Counted from the stretch's first letter, positions 37,720 through 47,076 are shown. The stretch is 64,000 nucleotides of DNA from Sulfurimonas sp. (GCF_026991475.1 NZ_JALXBK010000044.1:6283-70282), one strand, 5' to 3'. Notes: generated from the sequence alone by a model not told the origin. Made by a program: numbers and translations.

Positions 37720-39300
37720 CTATCTCTGCTTCCCAACAAAAAATCCACCTGCCATTCCAAGAGGAACAACAGTCGTATAAAACAAAAATCTGTCACTTAT
37801 TTCACTTACAAACGCAGTGATAAGAGCCAAAAAGAGCATAAATGATGCCGCTGCGTTTAGTGATGCACTTACAAATACAAGCGCTAAAAGAGGGAGAACA
37901 ATTCCCGCTATAAGCAGAGTTATAAAACGAATTTTCTTAATATTTGCAAAGTTTTCATTGAGCAGTCTTTTTGTGCGTTGAAGTTGGTACTCATTCTCTT
38001 TATTTTCAAGTGTTCTAATGTCTTCATAGGAAAAGAAAAGCTGTGCTACACCACCAAGCATTCCCATTGTCGTAAGGGGAATAATAGCCTCATGGATGCT
38101 TGATATACTACTTATAAACGCAACTAAAAAGAAACCTATGTAAGCAACACCAAAAAACTTAAAGTTTGTCGTAATTCTATTCCAAGATGGTCTCGCTTTG
38201 ATACGGTAAATCATACTCTGTGCATAAATTCCGTAAATACCGATTCCAAGTGTTATAACCTCAACAAGTAAACGTAGTATATGTGGAAAATTAAAAAAGT
38301 ACATTGCAACAACAAGGGACATTAATCCTGTAAACACTCCAAGCGCCAAAGCCTCACGAGAGAGCCACGAAGTTTTTATGTTTTTCATCGCGGTCATTGC
38401 CAAGAATGGACGACCAAGATGCAAGGCTGAAAGTGGTAAGCCAAGAGCAGCAGGAAGCATTACAAGCAGCGCCATAATCCAGTTCGTACTCTCAAAACCA
38501 AAGAGACTCATAAAGTCACCCAAAAAGAGCGCCATAAAACCACCTAGTGAAATTTGAGTAAGTACCGTCATAAAAACAAGTGGTATCTCTTTATGTGCAG
38601 GTTTTAAGATGTGTTCATCCATCTCTTTCATATTTTCAGGTAGATTGTCTGGCAGTGTATAACGCGTTGTAGAGTTTGTAATGCGTGCATCTGGTAAAAA
38701 CGGCATATTTGCCTGCTCATCTATGTCACGGTTAAGCCACTCTTCTACATTTACGACTTCTATTTCAATAGCTCCAGCAGGACAAGCTTGCACACATGCA
38801 GGAGACTGACCTTCGTCAAGTCTTTCGTGACACATATGACATTTTGTGACAATTTTACGCTCTTCATGAAATACAGGCACACCATAAGGACAGTTCCAAG
38901 TACAGTACTGACACCCTATACAAGTGTCATCATCATGCACAACGATGCCCGTTTCAGCGATTTTAATGTAAGACTCAGTAGGACAACCACGAAGACACTC
39001 AGGGTCTATACAATGGTTACAGCTCATAGAGTTAAGCATCTGAGTAAACGCAGGAAATTCTCCACCTTCCATCTCACCTACACGACGCCATTTTATATCG
39101 GCTGGGTTATTGTTTTGCTCATTACATGCCACTTCACAACAACGACACCCCACACAGGCAACGGCATCAAAGTGAAAACGGTATTGCTCACCCTCTTTAA
39201 GTGGCGGAATGTCGATAGAGTAAGAGCCACACTGCATATTTGTCTCAGCTTTGTGGTCTATAAAACTCTCTAAAGGTGTTTGCATATAATTCATCTCCAT
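37720..39300 (-). CDS. 4Fe-4S dicluster (DmsB/NrfC-like) fused to a DmsC-type membrane anchor
   Basis: Four Cys clusters (CVGCRCCEVAC, CNHCIDPECLRGC, CIGCQYCTWNC, CHMC...CVQAC) followed by a multi-TM region (HLGRP...SWLSRE). Confidence 0.88.
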   Translation of the reverse strand: MEMNYMQTPLESFIDHKAETNMQCGSYSIDIPPLKEGEQYRFHFDAVACVGCRCCEVACNEQNNNPADIKWRRVGEMEGGEFPAFTQMLNSMSCNHCIDPECLRGCPTESYIKIAETGIVVHDDDTCIGCQYCTWNCPYGVPVFHEERKIVTKCHMCHERLDEGQSPACVQACPAGAIEIEVVNVEEWLNRDIDEQANMPFLPDARITNSTTRYTLPDNLPENMKEMDEHILKPAHKEIPLVFMTVLTQISLGGFMALFLGDFMSLFGFESTNWIMALLVMLPAALGLPLSALHLGRPFLAMTAMKNIKTSWLSREALALGVFTGLMSLVVAMYFFNFPHILRLLVEVITLGIGIYGIYAQSMIYRIKARPSWNRITTNFKFFGVAYIGFFLVAFISSISSIHEAIIPLTTMGMLGGVAQLFFSYEDIRTLENKENEYQLQRTKRLLNENFANIKKIRFITLLIAGIVLPLLALVFVSASLNAAASFMLFLALITAFVSEISDRFLFYTTVVPLGMAGGFFVGKQR

Positions 39301-39391
39301 ATATTAGTGATGAAATTATACTCTTCTTTTATGGGGATTGTAAGAAAATTATGTTTATTTTTTAAGCAAAAAATTATTGTATAATTAAAAT

Positions 39392-40648
39392 ATGTATAGA
39401 TTAAATTTTAAAGACTACTTTTGCATTTCAAAATTTCTTGCACGCTTTGAGCAGCGAGACATTAACATATTAAATGTAAAACTACCCTACAATGACCCTT
39501 TAAAAAATATATCTGAACTTTATAAAAAATATGCAGAGGACGAAGATAGAGACTCTACACTTTATGAGTTTTTCAGACATACCAGAACTATTATACTTTG
39601 GCTTATTTTTATTGCTGTTATGAGTTTCTCTTTTGTAAGCATACAAAAAAGTATAAACATTAAAATCTATCTTATTTTTGGTCTTGTCGTTCCTTTTATC
39701 TATCTGCTTTATGTTGCATGGCAGACACTCTTTTACAAATTTCCAAACAAAGAGGAGAGTTCTTTAGTGGCTTTTTTTGCAAAGAAGTACCCTGAATATG
39801 ACAAACGAGACACCCATGTCTTAAAAACATTCACTACACTTTTACTCGTTGAAATGGGTATTGTTTATACTTTTAGCATCCTCTTAAGCACTATTTTCAT
39901 TTTTTGGGCATACTCCATAGAATTTTACAGTGAGAGTAGCTATGCTTTTTTAGACCCTATTAAGATGTGGTTTGGCACTGCAGATAGTGCTGGACATGCA
40001 GTTTTACCGCAACATTTTTTTGCCATTGCAATTACTGTAAGTATAATTATTCTTTTACTATTAAAAAGTTTTATATGGTTTCTCGCAAAAAGAAATCTTC
40101 AAAAAGCCATGAAACAAGCACTACTACAAAAAGCACAACCTCTTTTACAAAAGTTTTCTCAAAGCGTTGCAATAGAGATTTCAAATAATGAAAAGAAAAC
40201 TACAGAAAATTTTGAGATACGAAAAAACAGATCGCAAAATATAGACCGCTCACAATATGACCTGCTTTTTTATCAGTTTGAGCTAGATGAAAAAGTTGTA
40301 GATATTTTAGAGTTGCAAAATGATAGTGACGTAGCTAACCTAAACGCAGCGTATTATAGTTTTGCTCTGTATGGAGGAGAACAAGAAGACAGTAAAACAC
40401 TTAAAGAGTTACAAAATCTTGTCATTGTTGTAGCTTCTGCACAAACACTTCCAGACAACAGTTTTAAAGGTGATATGCTTACAATACTAGAAACAGATAG
40501 AGTACGGCAAATATGGATAATACCTTTAGTAGAAAAAGATGGCATTGTCCAAAAAGCATATAAGGGAGATTACCTCTATGAAGAGTGGCAAAAACAGATA
40601 AATGAGACTATAGGCGACTATAGGATAAGGTTGTACAATGAAAAGTAA
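39392..40648 (+). CDS. DUF2868-like membrane protein
   Basis: About four TM helices plus a soluble C-terminal domain; overlaps the following GTPase gene, as in known DUF2868/DUF3482 pairs. Confidence 0.55.
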   Translation: MYRLNFKDYFCISKFLARFEQRDINILNVKLPYNDPLKNISELYKKYAEDEDRDSTLYEFFRHTRTIILWLIFIAVMSFSFVSIQKSINIKIYLIFGLVVPFIYLLYVAWQTLFYKFPNKEESSLVAFFAKKYPEYDKRDTHVLKTFTTLLLVEMGIVYTFSILLSTIFIFWAYSIEFYSESSYAFLDPIKMWFGTADSAGHAVLPQHFFAIAITVSIIILLLLKSFIWFLAKRNLQKAMKQALLQKAQPLLQKFSQSVAIEISNNEKKTTENFEIRKNRSQNIDRSQYDLLFYQFELDEKVVDILELQNDSDVANLNAAYYSFALYGGEQEDSKTLKELQNLVIVVASAQTLPDNSFKGDMLTILETDRVRQIWIIPLVEKDGIVQKAYKGDYLYEEWQKQINETIGDYRIRLYNEK

Positions 40649-42032
40649 CGCGCCTACTTTTGCTTTTATAGGCAAACCAAATAACGGCAAAAGCAGCATG
40701 ATATCGGCTCTGACTTTTGATGATCGCATTGAAGTCTCTAAAAGTGTCGGAACTACAACAAAAGCACTACAGTATAGCTACTATTATAAACAAAAAGTGG
40801 TGTGTAACTTTTTTGATACACCAGGGTTTGAACAGGCAAAAAAGATTGTCTCTTTTATAAAAGAGCATGAGAGTGAATACTTTGGACATGGGGTGCTCGA
40901 TGCCTTTGTGTCACAATACAGCGAAGATGCAAGAATGCAAAAAGATATTGAAATTATCCGTGCCGTGCTTGCGAATGATTTCATAGTATTTGTCATAGAT
41001 GTTTCACAACACTACAATCAAAATGTCATAGGCTATGAGTTTGAGATACTTCACTTTTTGAAAAAACCAGTCTTAATACTGCTAAACAAAATTCAAGAGC
41101 AGGACTACACACAAGAGTGGAAAGAGGCACTCTCTAGGTATAAACTGACAAATACTCACCCTATAAATCCACTTAACAGTAGTTATGAGAACATAGATAC
41201 AATATACAAAAATCTCTATACCGTTGATGCAACACTCCAGCAAAAACAGTTTTTAGACCAACTTTTACACCTGCATAAAGTACATTACCAAGAGAAAAAG
41301 AGTCTGAGTGCCAAAGAGATTGCAGGGATGATAGTAGAGATTTTACAGTTTGAATCTGTTGTAAAGTTCAAAGAAAAAGATGCAGATGAGACTCTTAAAG
41401 AGGGAGCACTGAAAAAATACCAAAATGGCATTTACGCAATAGAGAAAAATAATAAAACAAAAATAGAGCAAATATGGGGTTATTACCAAATAAAAGTGCT
41501 AGATGAGCGTGCCGAAATAGATGCAAAACAGAGCGTGAACTTAGGACTTACAAAAAACCGTTTAGCTCTCATTGGCGCTAGTGTAGGAGCCATAGGAAGT
41601 GGCGCGGCAGTCGCGCCCATAGCTCTTCTTGATGGTGGTATTTCTACTGCTGTTGCTGCAACTGTTGGGGGATTGATAGGGGCAAAAGCAGCCTATGCGA
41701 TAGGCGAGAAATTTGGTTCGTATATTATTTCAAATCATAAAATCATCCATAAAATGGATGCAAAAAACTACAATGCTACATTTATTTTACTCAAGCGTTC
41801 TCTTGAACATCTCTACCGTCTTATCAAACACGGTCATGCAAACAGAGAAGCCATAGTAATACCAAAAAATCCAGATTCTTGGCATTTTCCTGCAGAGTGG
41901 AGTTTTCAAAGAGATGAAGAGAAAAAAATAGCTGCGTTTCATAACAGTATAGTCAAAGATGAAAATACCAAGCAAGTTGAAGAAGAGTTATGTGAACTTA
42001 TAGAGAAGGTGATTGAGCGAGAAATTAGCTAA
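40638..42032 (+). CDS. GTPase with DUF3482-like glycine-zipper C-terminus
   Basis: G1 GKPNNGKSS, G3 DTPG and G4 NKIQ; hydrophobic Gly/Ala hairpin GASVGAIGSGAA...GGLIGA. Confidence 0.7.
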   Translation: MKSNAPTFAFIGKPNNGKSSMISALTFDDRIEVSKSVGTTTKALQYSYYYKQKVVCNFFDTPGFEQAKKIVSFIKEHESEYFGHGVLDAFVSQYSEDARMQKDIEIIRAVLANDFIVFVIDVSQHYNQNVIGYEFEILHFLKKPVLILLNKIQEQDYTQEWKEALSRYKLTNTHPINPLNSSYENIDTIYKNLYTVDATLQQKQFLDQLLHLHKVHYQEKKSLSAKEIAGMIVEILQFESVVKFKEKDADETLKEGALKKYQNGIYAIEKNNKTKIEQIWGYYQIKVLDERAEIDAKQSVNLGLTKNRLALIGASVGAIGSGAAVAPIALLDGGISTAVAATVGGLIGAKAAYAIGEKFGSYIISNHKIIHKMDAKNYNATFILLKRSLEHLYRLIKHGHANREAIVIPKNPDSWHFPAEWSFQRDEEKKIAAFHNSIVKDENTKQVEEELCELIEKVIEREIS

Positions 42033-42134
42033 ATGTAATTTAGAATTACTCCAAATCCTCTTTATCCATCACAAAACCCACAACCAACAAGGCTATAACA
42101 AAAAGTGTAACCATACCTATAAAAAAGTAGTGCA

Positions 42135-42623
42135 TTATATTTTTCCTTTCTCTTTTGCCATTTTCAAAAATCGTGTTTTATCACCCTCTTTTTTAAACGC
42201 AGTGTTTGCAAAGAAGAGTGCATTTTGTTGGCTTTGTACCATGACACCTTCATCAAGTTGAATGACTTTTATAATATCATCCCACGCAACTACTTCATTA
42301 TTTCCATGCAGTCCATTTTCATCAAGAGTAAAATGTACATCCATATTTTTAGGAACATTCTTATCATAAAAGCGAGAAAGCATTCTTTTTCTTAAAAACC
42401 ATCTACCATAGTACCAATAACCTACTAAAAAAGTAGAAAGATAAAGCAGTCCATAACTATTGTGTTTAAGTGCGCCAACAATGCCAAACTGTACAAGTCC
42501 CACAAAGAACCATCCCATATATCTTTTGTTGGAGTGACGCATATCGTAATCGTAGTAGAGTTTGCTTGTTTTTAGCGCAAGTTCTTTACTCCACTCAAAA
42601 TTCACTTCTATTGGTTTAGACAT
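42135..42623 (-). CDS. YcxB-like membrane protein
   Basis: Two TM helices plus HFTLDENGL...VAWDDI..V...ALFFANTAF YcxB pattern. Confidence 0.7.
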   Translation of the reverse strand: MSKPIEVNFEWSKELALKTSKLYYDYDMRHSNKRYMGWFFVGLVQFGIVGALKHNSYGLLYLSTFLVGYWYYGRWFLRKRMLSRFYDKNVPKNMDVHFTLDENGLHGNNEVVAWDDIIKVIQLDEGVMVQSQQNALFFANTAFKKEGDKTRFLKMAKEKGKI

Positions 42624-43221
42624 GCTCTTCGCACTCCTCTATCATCAGTTCACTCTTTTTGATACACCCTGCGTCTTCAAGTTCTTCTATAAGCCCTAAT
42701 GTTTGTATATAGAGTGCATCATATATCTTTTTATTTTTTGCATACAAACGGCTCTGCTTTTTTCCATACCAGTATGCGAGCGCTACCGTTGAAGCAAAAA
42801 GCGAATATATCCACCCTTGCCACTCTTTAAGGTTAAGTAATACGATGAAGTATTGCACAGAAAAGAGAACAAAAAATTCGATTGAAAAGATGATGACAAG
42901 GGTAGCACTCTGCTCAAAGTCAAGCGTATATTTTTCAAGCTCTTTAAGTCTTGCCAAATTTACATTAACTAGCTGCGCTTTTGACTTGCAATCATCTTTT
43001 AAATCATCTAATTTTATATCTTTTAAATGTATATTTGAGAGGTTATACTCTACATTTGTCTGCATATAATCTTCAAGTAACTGCGGATTTTTATCAAGTA
43101 TTTGAATTATTTCTGCTTCATTTACTCTATTTTTACCAGCAACTCTTTGTACATCTTGCAAAACAATATCATACAGTCCAACAGTTTTTATTTCTCGAGC
43201 AACTCTGTCTAAGTTTATCAA
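42616..43221 (-). CDS. hypothetical membrane protein
   Basis: 201-aa ORF with two C-terminal TM segments; overlaps the next gene. Confidence 0.7.
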   Translation of the reverse strand: MINLDRVAREIKTVGLYDIVLQDVQRVAGKNRVNEAEIIQILDKNPQLLEDYMQTNVEYNLSNIHLKDIKLDDLKDDCKSKAQLVNVNLARLKELEKYTLDFEQSATLVIIFSIEFFVLFSVQYFIVLLNLKEWQGWIYSLFASTVALAYWYGKKQSRLYAKNKKIYDALYIQTLGLIEELEDAGCIKKSELMIEECEEHV

Positions 43222-43248
43222 AGATTTTGTCCTTATTTTTGGGAAATT

Positions 43249-43268
43249 GTAGGGACAAATGCCCCTAC
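43249..43268. repeat. GTAG-type palindrome (REP-like / terminator)
   Basis: GTAGGGACAAATGCCCCTAC; both strands begin GTAGGG. Confidence 0.4.
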
Positions 43269-43272
43269 TTTT

Positions 43273-44961
43273 TTAATTTGCAAACGCAGGATCGTCTGCA
43301 GGTTCTATCTCTTCTTCAAGACCATAAGATGCAGTTTGATCTTTTGCAGGTAAAAAGATACCTATAAGTCCTTTTATACCAACACTCATAATAATGTTGT
43401 ATAAAAATATCGCCCAAGCAGCAAGTAGCATTGTACCAAACATAGCAGCAAAAACCATATCAGGATTAAACTGTCCATCAACATAAAGGTGGCGACGAAG
43501 CATACCGTCAAGTCCTGCCATACCCATAAAGGCACCCATACCAATACCACCTATAAGATGCAGCCAAAAGTGTGCATTTGAGAGTTTATGTGAGTAAACT
43601 TTCGTGTTGTTTGTTACAAGTGGCCACATAACATATACTGCACTATAAAGTGTCATATAAAGCCCAACAATTAAAGCAATATGCACATGCGCACCGATAA
43701 TCCACTGTGTATTGTGTAAAACACGGTTCATACCCATATCTGCTTGAATAATCGCAGCCGGAACAGCCAAACCAAAGCCTACTAGACCACCTAGAAGATA
43801 TTTTAACTCCATTGTCATTTTAAGTGGACGCGCTTTCCAAAGTGTTACAAGTGTAATAAACAGCGCAAGTCCTTGAGTCAGTAACTCAAACGCAGTAACC
43901 ATCTCACCAGAGATAAGTTTCATCATCTCAGGCTGTCCTTGATCACCAAGAAGATGATGTGACCAAACCATCCAAGAAACAAGCAACTCAAGCATCAAGG
44001 CAGCACGAGCCACATTTTCCATGAAAAGTTTTTGCCCTGTAATGAGCGTTGCAAGTAAATACCATGAACCTGCAACATAAATAAGCACAAGTCCATCAGC
44101 AACAAGGTCAAGCCCCCACCAAAAGAAGTTCTTGTACAAAAGTGCATCAATGGCAGTTACATCCAAAGGATGCCCCGATGCATCAAAAATTAGATAAATA
44201 AGCACTAAAACACCAGCACCTAAAATAACAAGTGCATCTAAAAATGTATCAACAGTACCACGAAAAATTGCAACAACAGGAAGTGCTAAAGCAGGCTCTT
44301 TTGTGTAGGGCTGTTTTCCCTGAAGTTTATTGATAAGATTTAAAAAACCATCAATACCAAAACCAGAAATAAGCAACTCTTTTGTTGTTTTATTTTTATG
44401 AATACCTACACGAGCAAAAATTGTTGCATAAATATTGTATATAAATGTCAAAGTACCAAGCATAATAAGTGCAATACCAACAATAAATACTAAACCACCA
44501 ATAACTTTAAACTGATGAGTATCAGCAGGAAGTGGCCAGTAAAGCGTATATAGTGGTGCATAAGACCAAACAAATGCAGCTATCCAAGCTAATGCTGTTC
44601 CCCCAGTAATAAGCATCCAAGTAATATTGGCTAGTTTAATACTGTAAAGAGGTTTCTTTGTAAGATATGGTACCAAAAATGTAAAAGCACCAAAAACAAG
44701 TTGGTATGTAGAACCAAAAATACCTACAATAGGATGCACAGTCATAATAGAGAAAAAGTGCTCAGGATGAAAAAATTGCGCTGGAATAGGGTTAAGTGGT
44801 ACATGTCCAACTTCTACCATTCTCATTATCATTCCCTCGATAGCAACCAAACCATAGAACAAAAATGCCATAACTACAGCACGAAGTGTAACCTTTTGCA
44901 GAGCGTTTAAACCTTTATGGTCAAAATTTGTACCATTTATCAATTTATTCATATAACTCAT
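43273..44961 (-). CDS. heme-copper oxidase superfamily subunit I, B-family-related with an altered active site (gNOR-like)
   Basis: Heme ligands VHP (helix II) and HVH (helix X) and the WSHH pair are present. Helix VI reads FWWGLDLVAD instead of FWWxGHPxVY. Confidence 0.85.
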   Translation of the reverse strand: MSYMNKLINGTNFDHKGLNALQKVTLRAVVMAFLFYGLVAIEGMIMRMVEVGHVPLNPIPAQFFHPEHFFSIMTVHPIVGIFGSTYQLVFGAFTFLVPYLTKKPLYSIKLANITWMLITGGTALAWIAAFVWSYAPLYTLYWPLPADTHQFKVIGGLVFIVGIALIMLGTLTFIYNIYATIFARVGIHKNKTTKELLISGFGIDGFLNLINKLQGKQPYTKEPALALPVVAIFRGTVDTFLDALVILGAGVLVLIYLIFDASGHPLDVTAIDALLYKNFFWWGLDLVADGLVLIYVAGSWYLLATLITGQKLFMENVARAALMLELLVSWMVWSHHLLGDQGQPEMMKLISGEMVTAFELLTQGLALFITLVTLWKARPLKMTMELKYLLGGLVGFGLAVPAAIIQADMGMNRVLHNTQWIIGAHVHIALIVGLYMTLYSAVYVMWPLVTNNTKVYSHKLSNAHFWLHLIGGIGMGAFMGMAGLDGMLRRHLYVDGQFNPDMVFAAMFGTMLLAAWAIFLYNIIMSVGIKGLIGIFLPAKDQTASYGLEEEIEPADDPAFAN

Positions 44962-45572
44962 TGGATACCTCCATTATCTTTACACCCTACAACTTTTACC
45001 AAGTCTTTTACCATCATCAAATCTTTCCCATCTTCACTATACTGTTTTGGTCCAGAGTATTCTGTCGATGTCAAATCGAAAACACCATTGTGGTTAAATG
45101 TCCAAAGAATATCATTTGAATCAAGAATGCCATTCACATCTGTTCCCGGATTTACCTGCATCTGCATTACTAGAGAACCATCTTGACGAAAAAGTCCAAA
45201 ACCATATACTAAGTCTCTACTATGTACATCAAACTCAACCGTTTGACCACATTGAATGACTATCTGTTTAGGAAGTCCTATCCATTTATGATTTTGAATT
45301 TCAAATTCATATTTTGCATCTGGTTTAATGTTATGTCTGTCAATATCCTGCGATACCCACGGAATAGTATTATATGTAAAAATATGGTGCCCCACACCAC
45401 CTGCAACTAAAAAGGCCATATACCAATAAAATGGTATTCTAAAGACTGATTTAGCATCTTTTCTCGTAAGGTTATATCCAAACCATGCAACAACGGAAAT
45501 AATCATTGCAGAATATATGGAGTAAGCAACCCAGTGAAAAGACAATAACTCAGCAGAGTTTGTAAACGTCAT
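44958..45572 (-). CDS. heme-copper oxidase subunit II-like cupredoxin lacking CuA ligands
   Basis: Two TM helices plus a cupredoxin domain; SRDLVYGF and STEYSGPKQ replace DVxH and CxEYCGxxH. Confidence 0.8.
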   Translation of the reverse strand: MTFTNSAELLSFHWVAYSIYSAMIISVVAWFGYNLTRKDAKSVFRIPFYWYMAFLVAGGVGHHIFTYNTIPWVSQDIDRHNIKPDAKYEFEIQNHKWIGLPKQIVIQCGQTVEFDVHSRDLVYGFGLFRQDGSLVMQMQVNPGTDVNGILDSNDILWTFNHNGVFDLTSTEYSGPKQYSEDGKDLMMVKDLVKVVGCKDNGGIQ

Positions 45573-45627
45573 TTCGCTATCCTTCTATAAATTTGTGAAA
45601 TTATATGAAATCACATAGTGAAAAAAA

Positions 45628-45641
45628 TTGATATATATCAA
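45628..45641. promoter_or_regulatory. FNR/Crp-family box
   Basis: Perfect TTGAT-ATAT-ATCAA, centred 41.5 nt upstream of the TSS predicted from TATAAT (minus strand, 45600-45605). Confidence 0.8.
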
Positions 45642-45786
45642 GAAAAATCACTTATGATACTGCTAGTTGTATATTTTTTAATCATACGATTTTTTAAGTA
45701 TGATTATTTTTTAATCAATAAACTATTCCATCGGCTTATTTTATCTATTATAATTGCACCATATATTTACTAGGAGAAACACACAT

Positions 45787-47067
45787 ATGGCAAACTTTAA
45801 AGCACTAAAAGGAGAAGGACACTTCCCGACACTCTTTATGGCCTTCTTATATTTCGATATGAGTTTTATGGTCTGGACAATGCTCGGGCCACTTTCAACA
45901 GAGATAGCTGAAGCACTGGCTAAAACAGGCTTTATAATGACGGCAGGGCAAAAAGCAACCCTACTTTCACTTCCTATTCTCTCAGGTGCTATTTTAAGAA
46001 TTGTTCTTGGATTTAGTGTGGATAAAATTGGTGCAAAGAAGACTGCACTTATCTCTCAAGCTATCGTGATTGCTTCTCTTTTAACAGCTTTTTTTATGGG
46101 TGACAAAATTACATATAACATTTTACTTATAGTTGCACTAGGACTCGGGTTTGCAGGAGCATCTTTCGCAGTTGCACTCCCACAAGCTGGTCAATGGTAT
46201 CCGCCAAAACTACAAGGTGTGGTTTTAGGTATTGCAGGTGCTGGTAACATCGGTGTTGTTCTTGACTTTATATTCGCTCCAAAGATTGCTCAGTACTGGG
46301 GTTGGTACTCTGTATTTGGTGTAGGTGCTGCTATGGCTATCATTGTATTTGTTGCATATCTTTTCTTAGCAAAAGATGCGCCAAAAGAGATTTATACACC
46401 ACGTCCTAAAAAGGTCAAAGATTATCTCAAACTTTTAGGCGATAAAGATACTTGGTGGTTTAACCTCTTCTATGCAGTAAGCTTTGGTGGTTTCGTTGGT
46501 TTTGCTGGATATATGAAAGTTTACTTGATGAACACTTATCAAGCAGATATGTCTGCGTTTGGTATAGACTATCTTAACGAACCAAATGTAAAAGTTATTG
46601 CTGGTTATTTTGGTGCTATTACTATTTTTGCAGGTGCTGTTCTTCGCCCTGTTGGTGGAAACATTGCAGATAAAATTGGTGGAGTAAAAGCACTCTACTT
46701 TTTCTATGGTGCGGTTGCAGGGCTTGTTGCTCTTACGGCATTGGTTCCATTACCTTTTTATCTCTCTATTTTAGTACTCTTTTTAATTATGGCAAACCTT
46801 GGTATGGCAAATGGCGCAGTTTTCCAACTTGTACCTCAAAGATTTGGTAAAGATATTGGTATAATGACGGGACTAGTTGGCTGTGCTGGCGGTCTTGGCG
46901 GTACTGCACTTATTAAAACTCTTGGATGGTCTAAGGGTGCATTTAACGGATATACAGAAGGATTTTTAATTTTTGCAGCTGTTGTGCTTGTAGCTATCGC
47001 AGGTCTTAGTTTTGTAAAAACAAGATGGAGAACCACTTGGGGTGTTGCTGCTGGTGGAAGAATATAA
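45787..47067 (+). CDS. narK: NarK/NasA-type nitrate/nitrite MFS transporter
   Basis: FLYFDMSFMVW, GFAGASFAVA...WYPP...GIAGAGN and GMANGAVFQLVP nitrate signature. Start at the ATG at 45787, after AGGAGA. Confidence 0.9.
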   Translation: MANFKALKGEGHFPTLFMAFLYFDMSFMVWTMLGPLSTEIAEALAKTGFIMTAGQKATLLSLPILSGAILRIVLGFSVDKIGAKKTALISQAIVIASLLTAFFMGDKITYNILLIVALGLGFAGASFAVALPQAGQWYPPKLQGVVLGIAGAGNIGVVLDFIFAPKIAQYWGWYSVFGVGAAMAIIVFVAYLFLAKDAPKEIYTPRPKKVKDYLKLLGDKDTWWFNLFYAVSFGGFVGFAGYMKVYLMNTYQADMSAFGIDYLNEPNVKVIAGYFGAITIFAGAVLRPVGGNIADKIGGVKALYFFYGAVAGLVALTALVPLPFYLSILVLFLIMANLGMANGAVFQLVPQRFGKDIGIMTGLVGCAGGLGGTALIKTLGWSKGAFNGYTEGFLIFAAVVLVAIAGLSFVKTRWRTTWGVAAGGRI

Positions 47068-47076
47068 AAGGAAAGA

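Noticed and set aside
24650-42000. One large integrative element or prophage spanning tRNA-Gln to the GTPase pair
   Set aside because: No integrase, transposase, phage or conjugation genes, and no distal att copy was seen.
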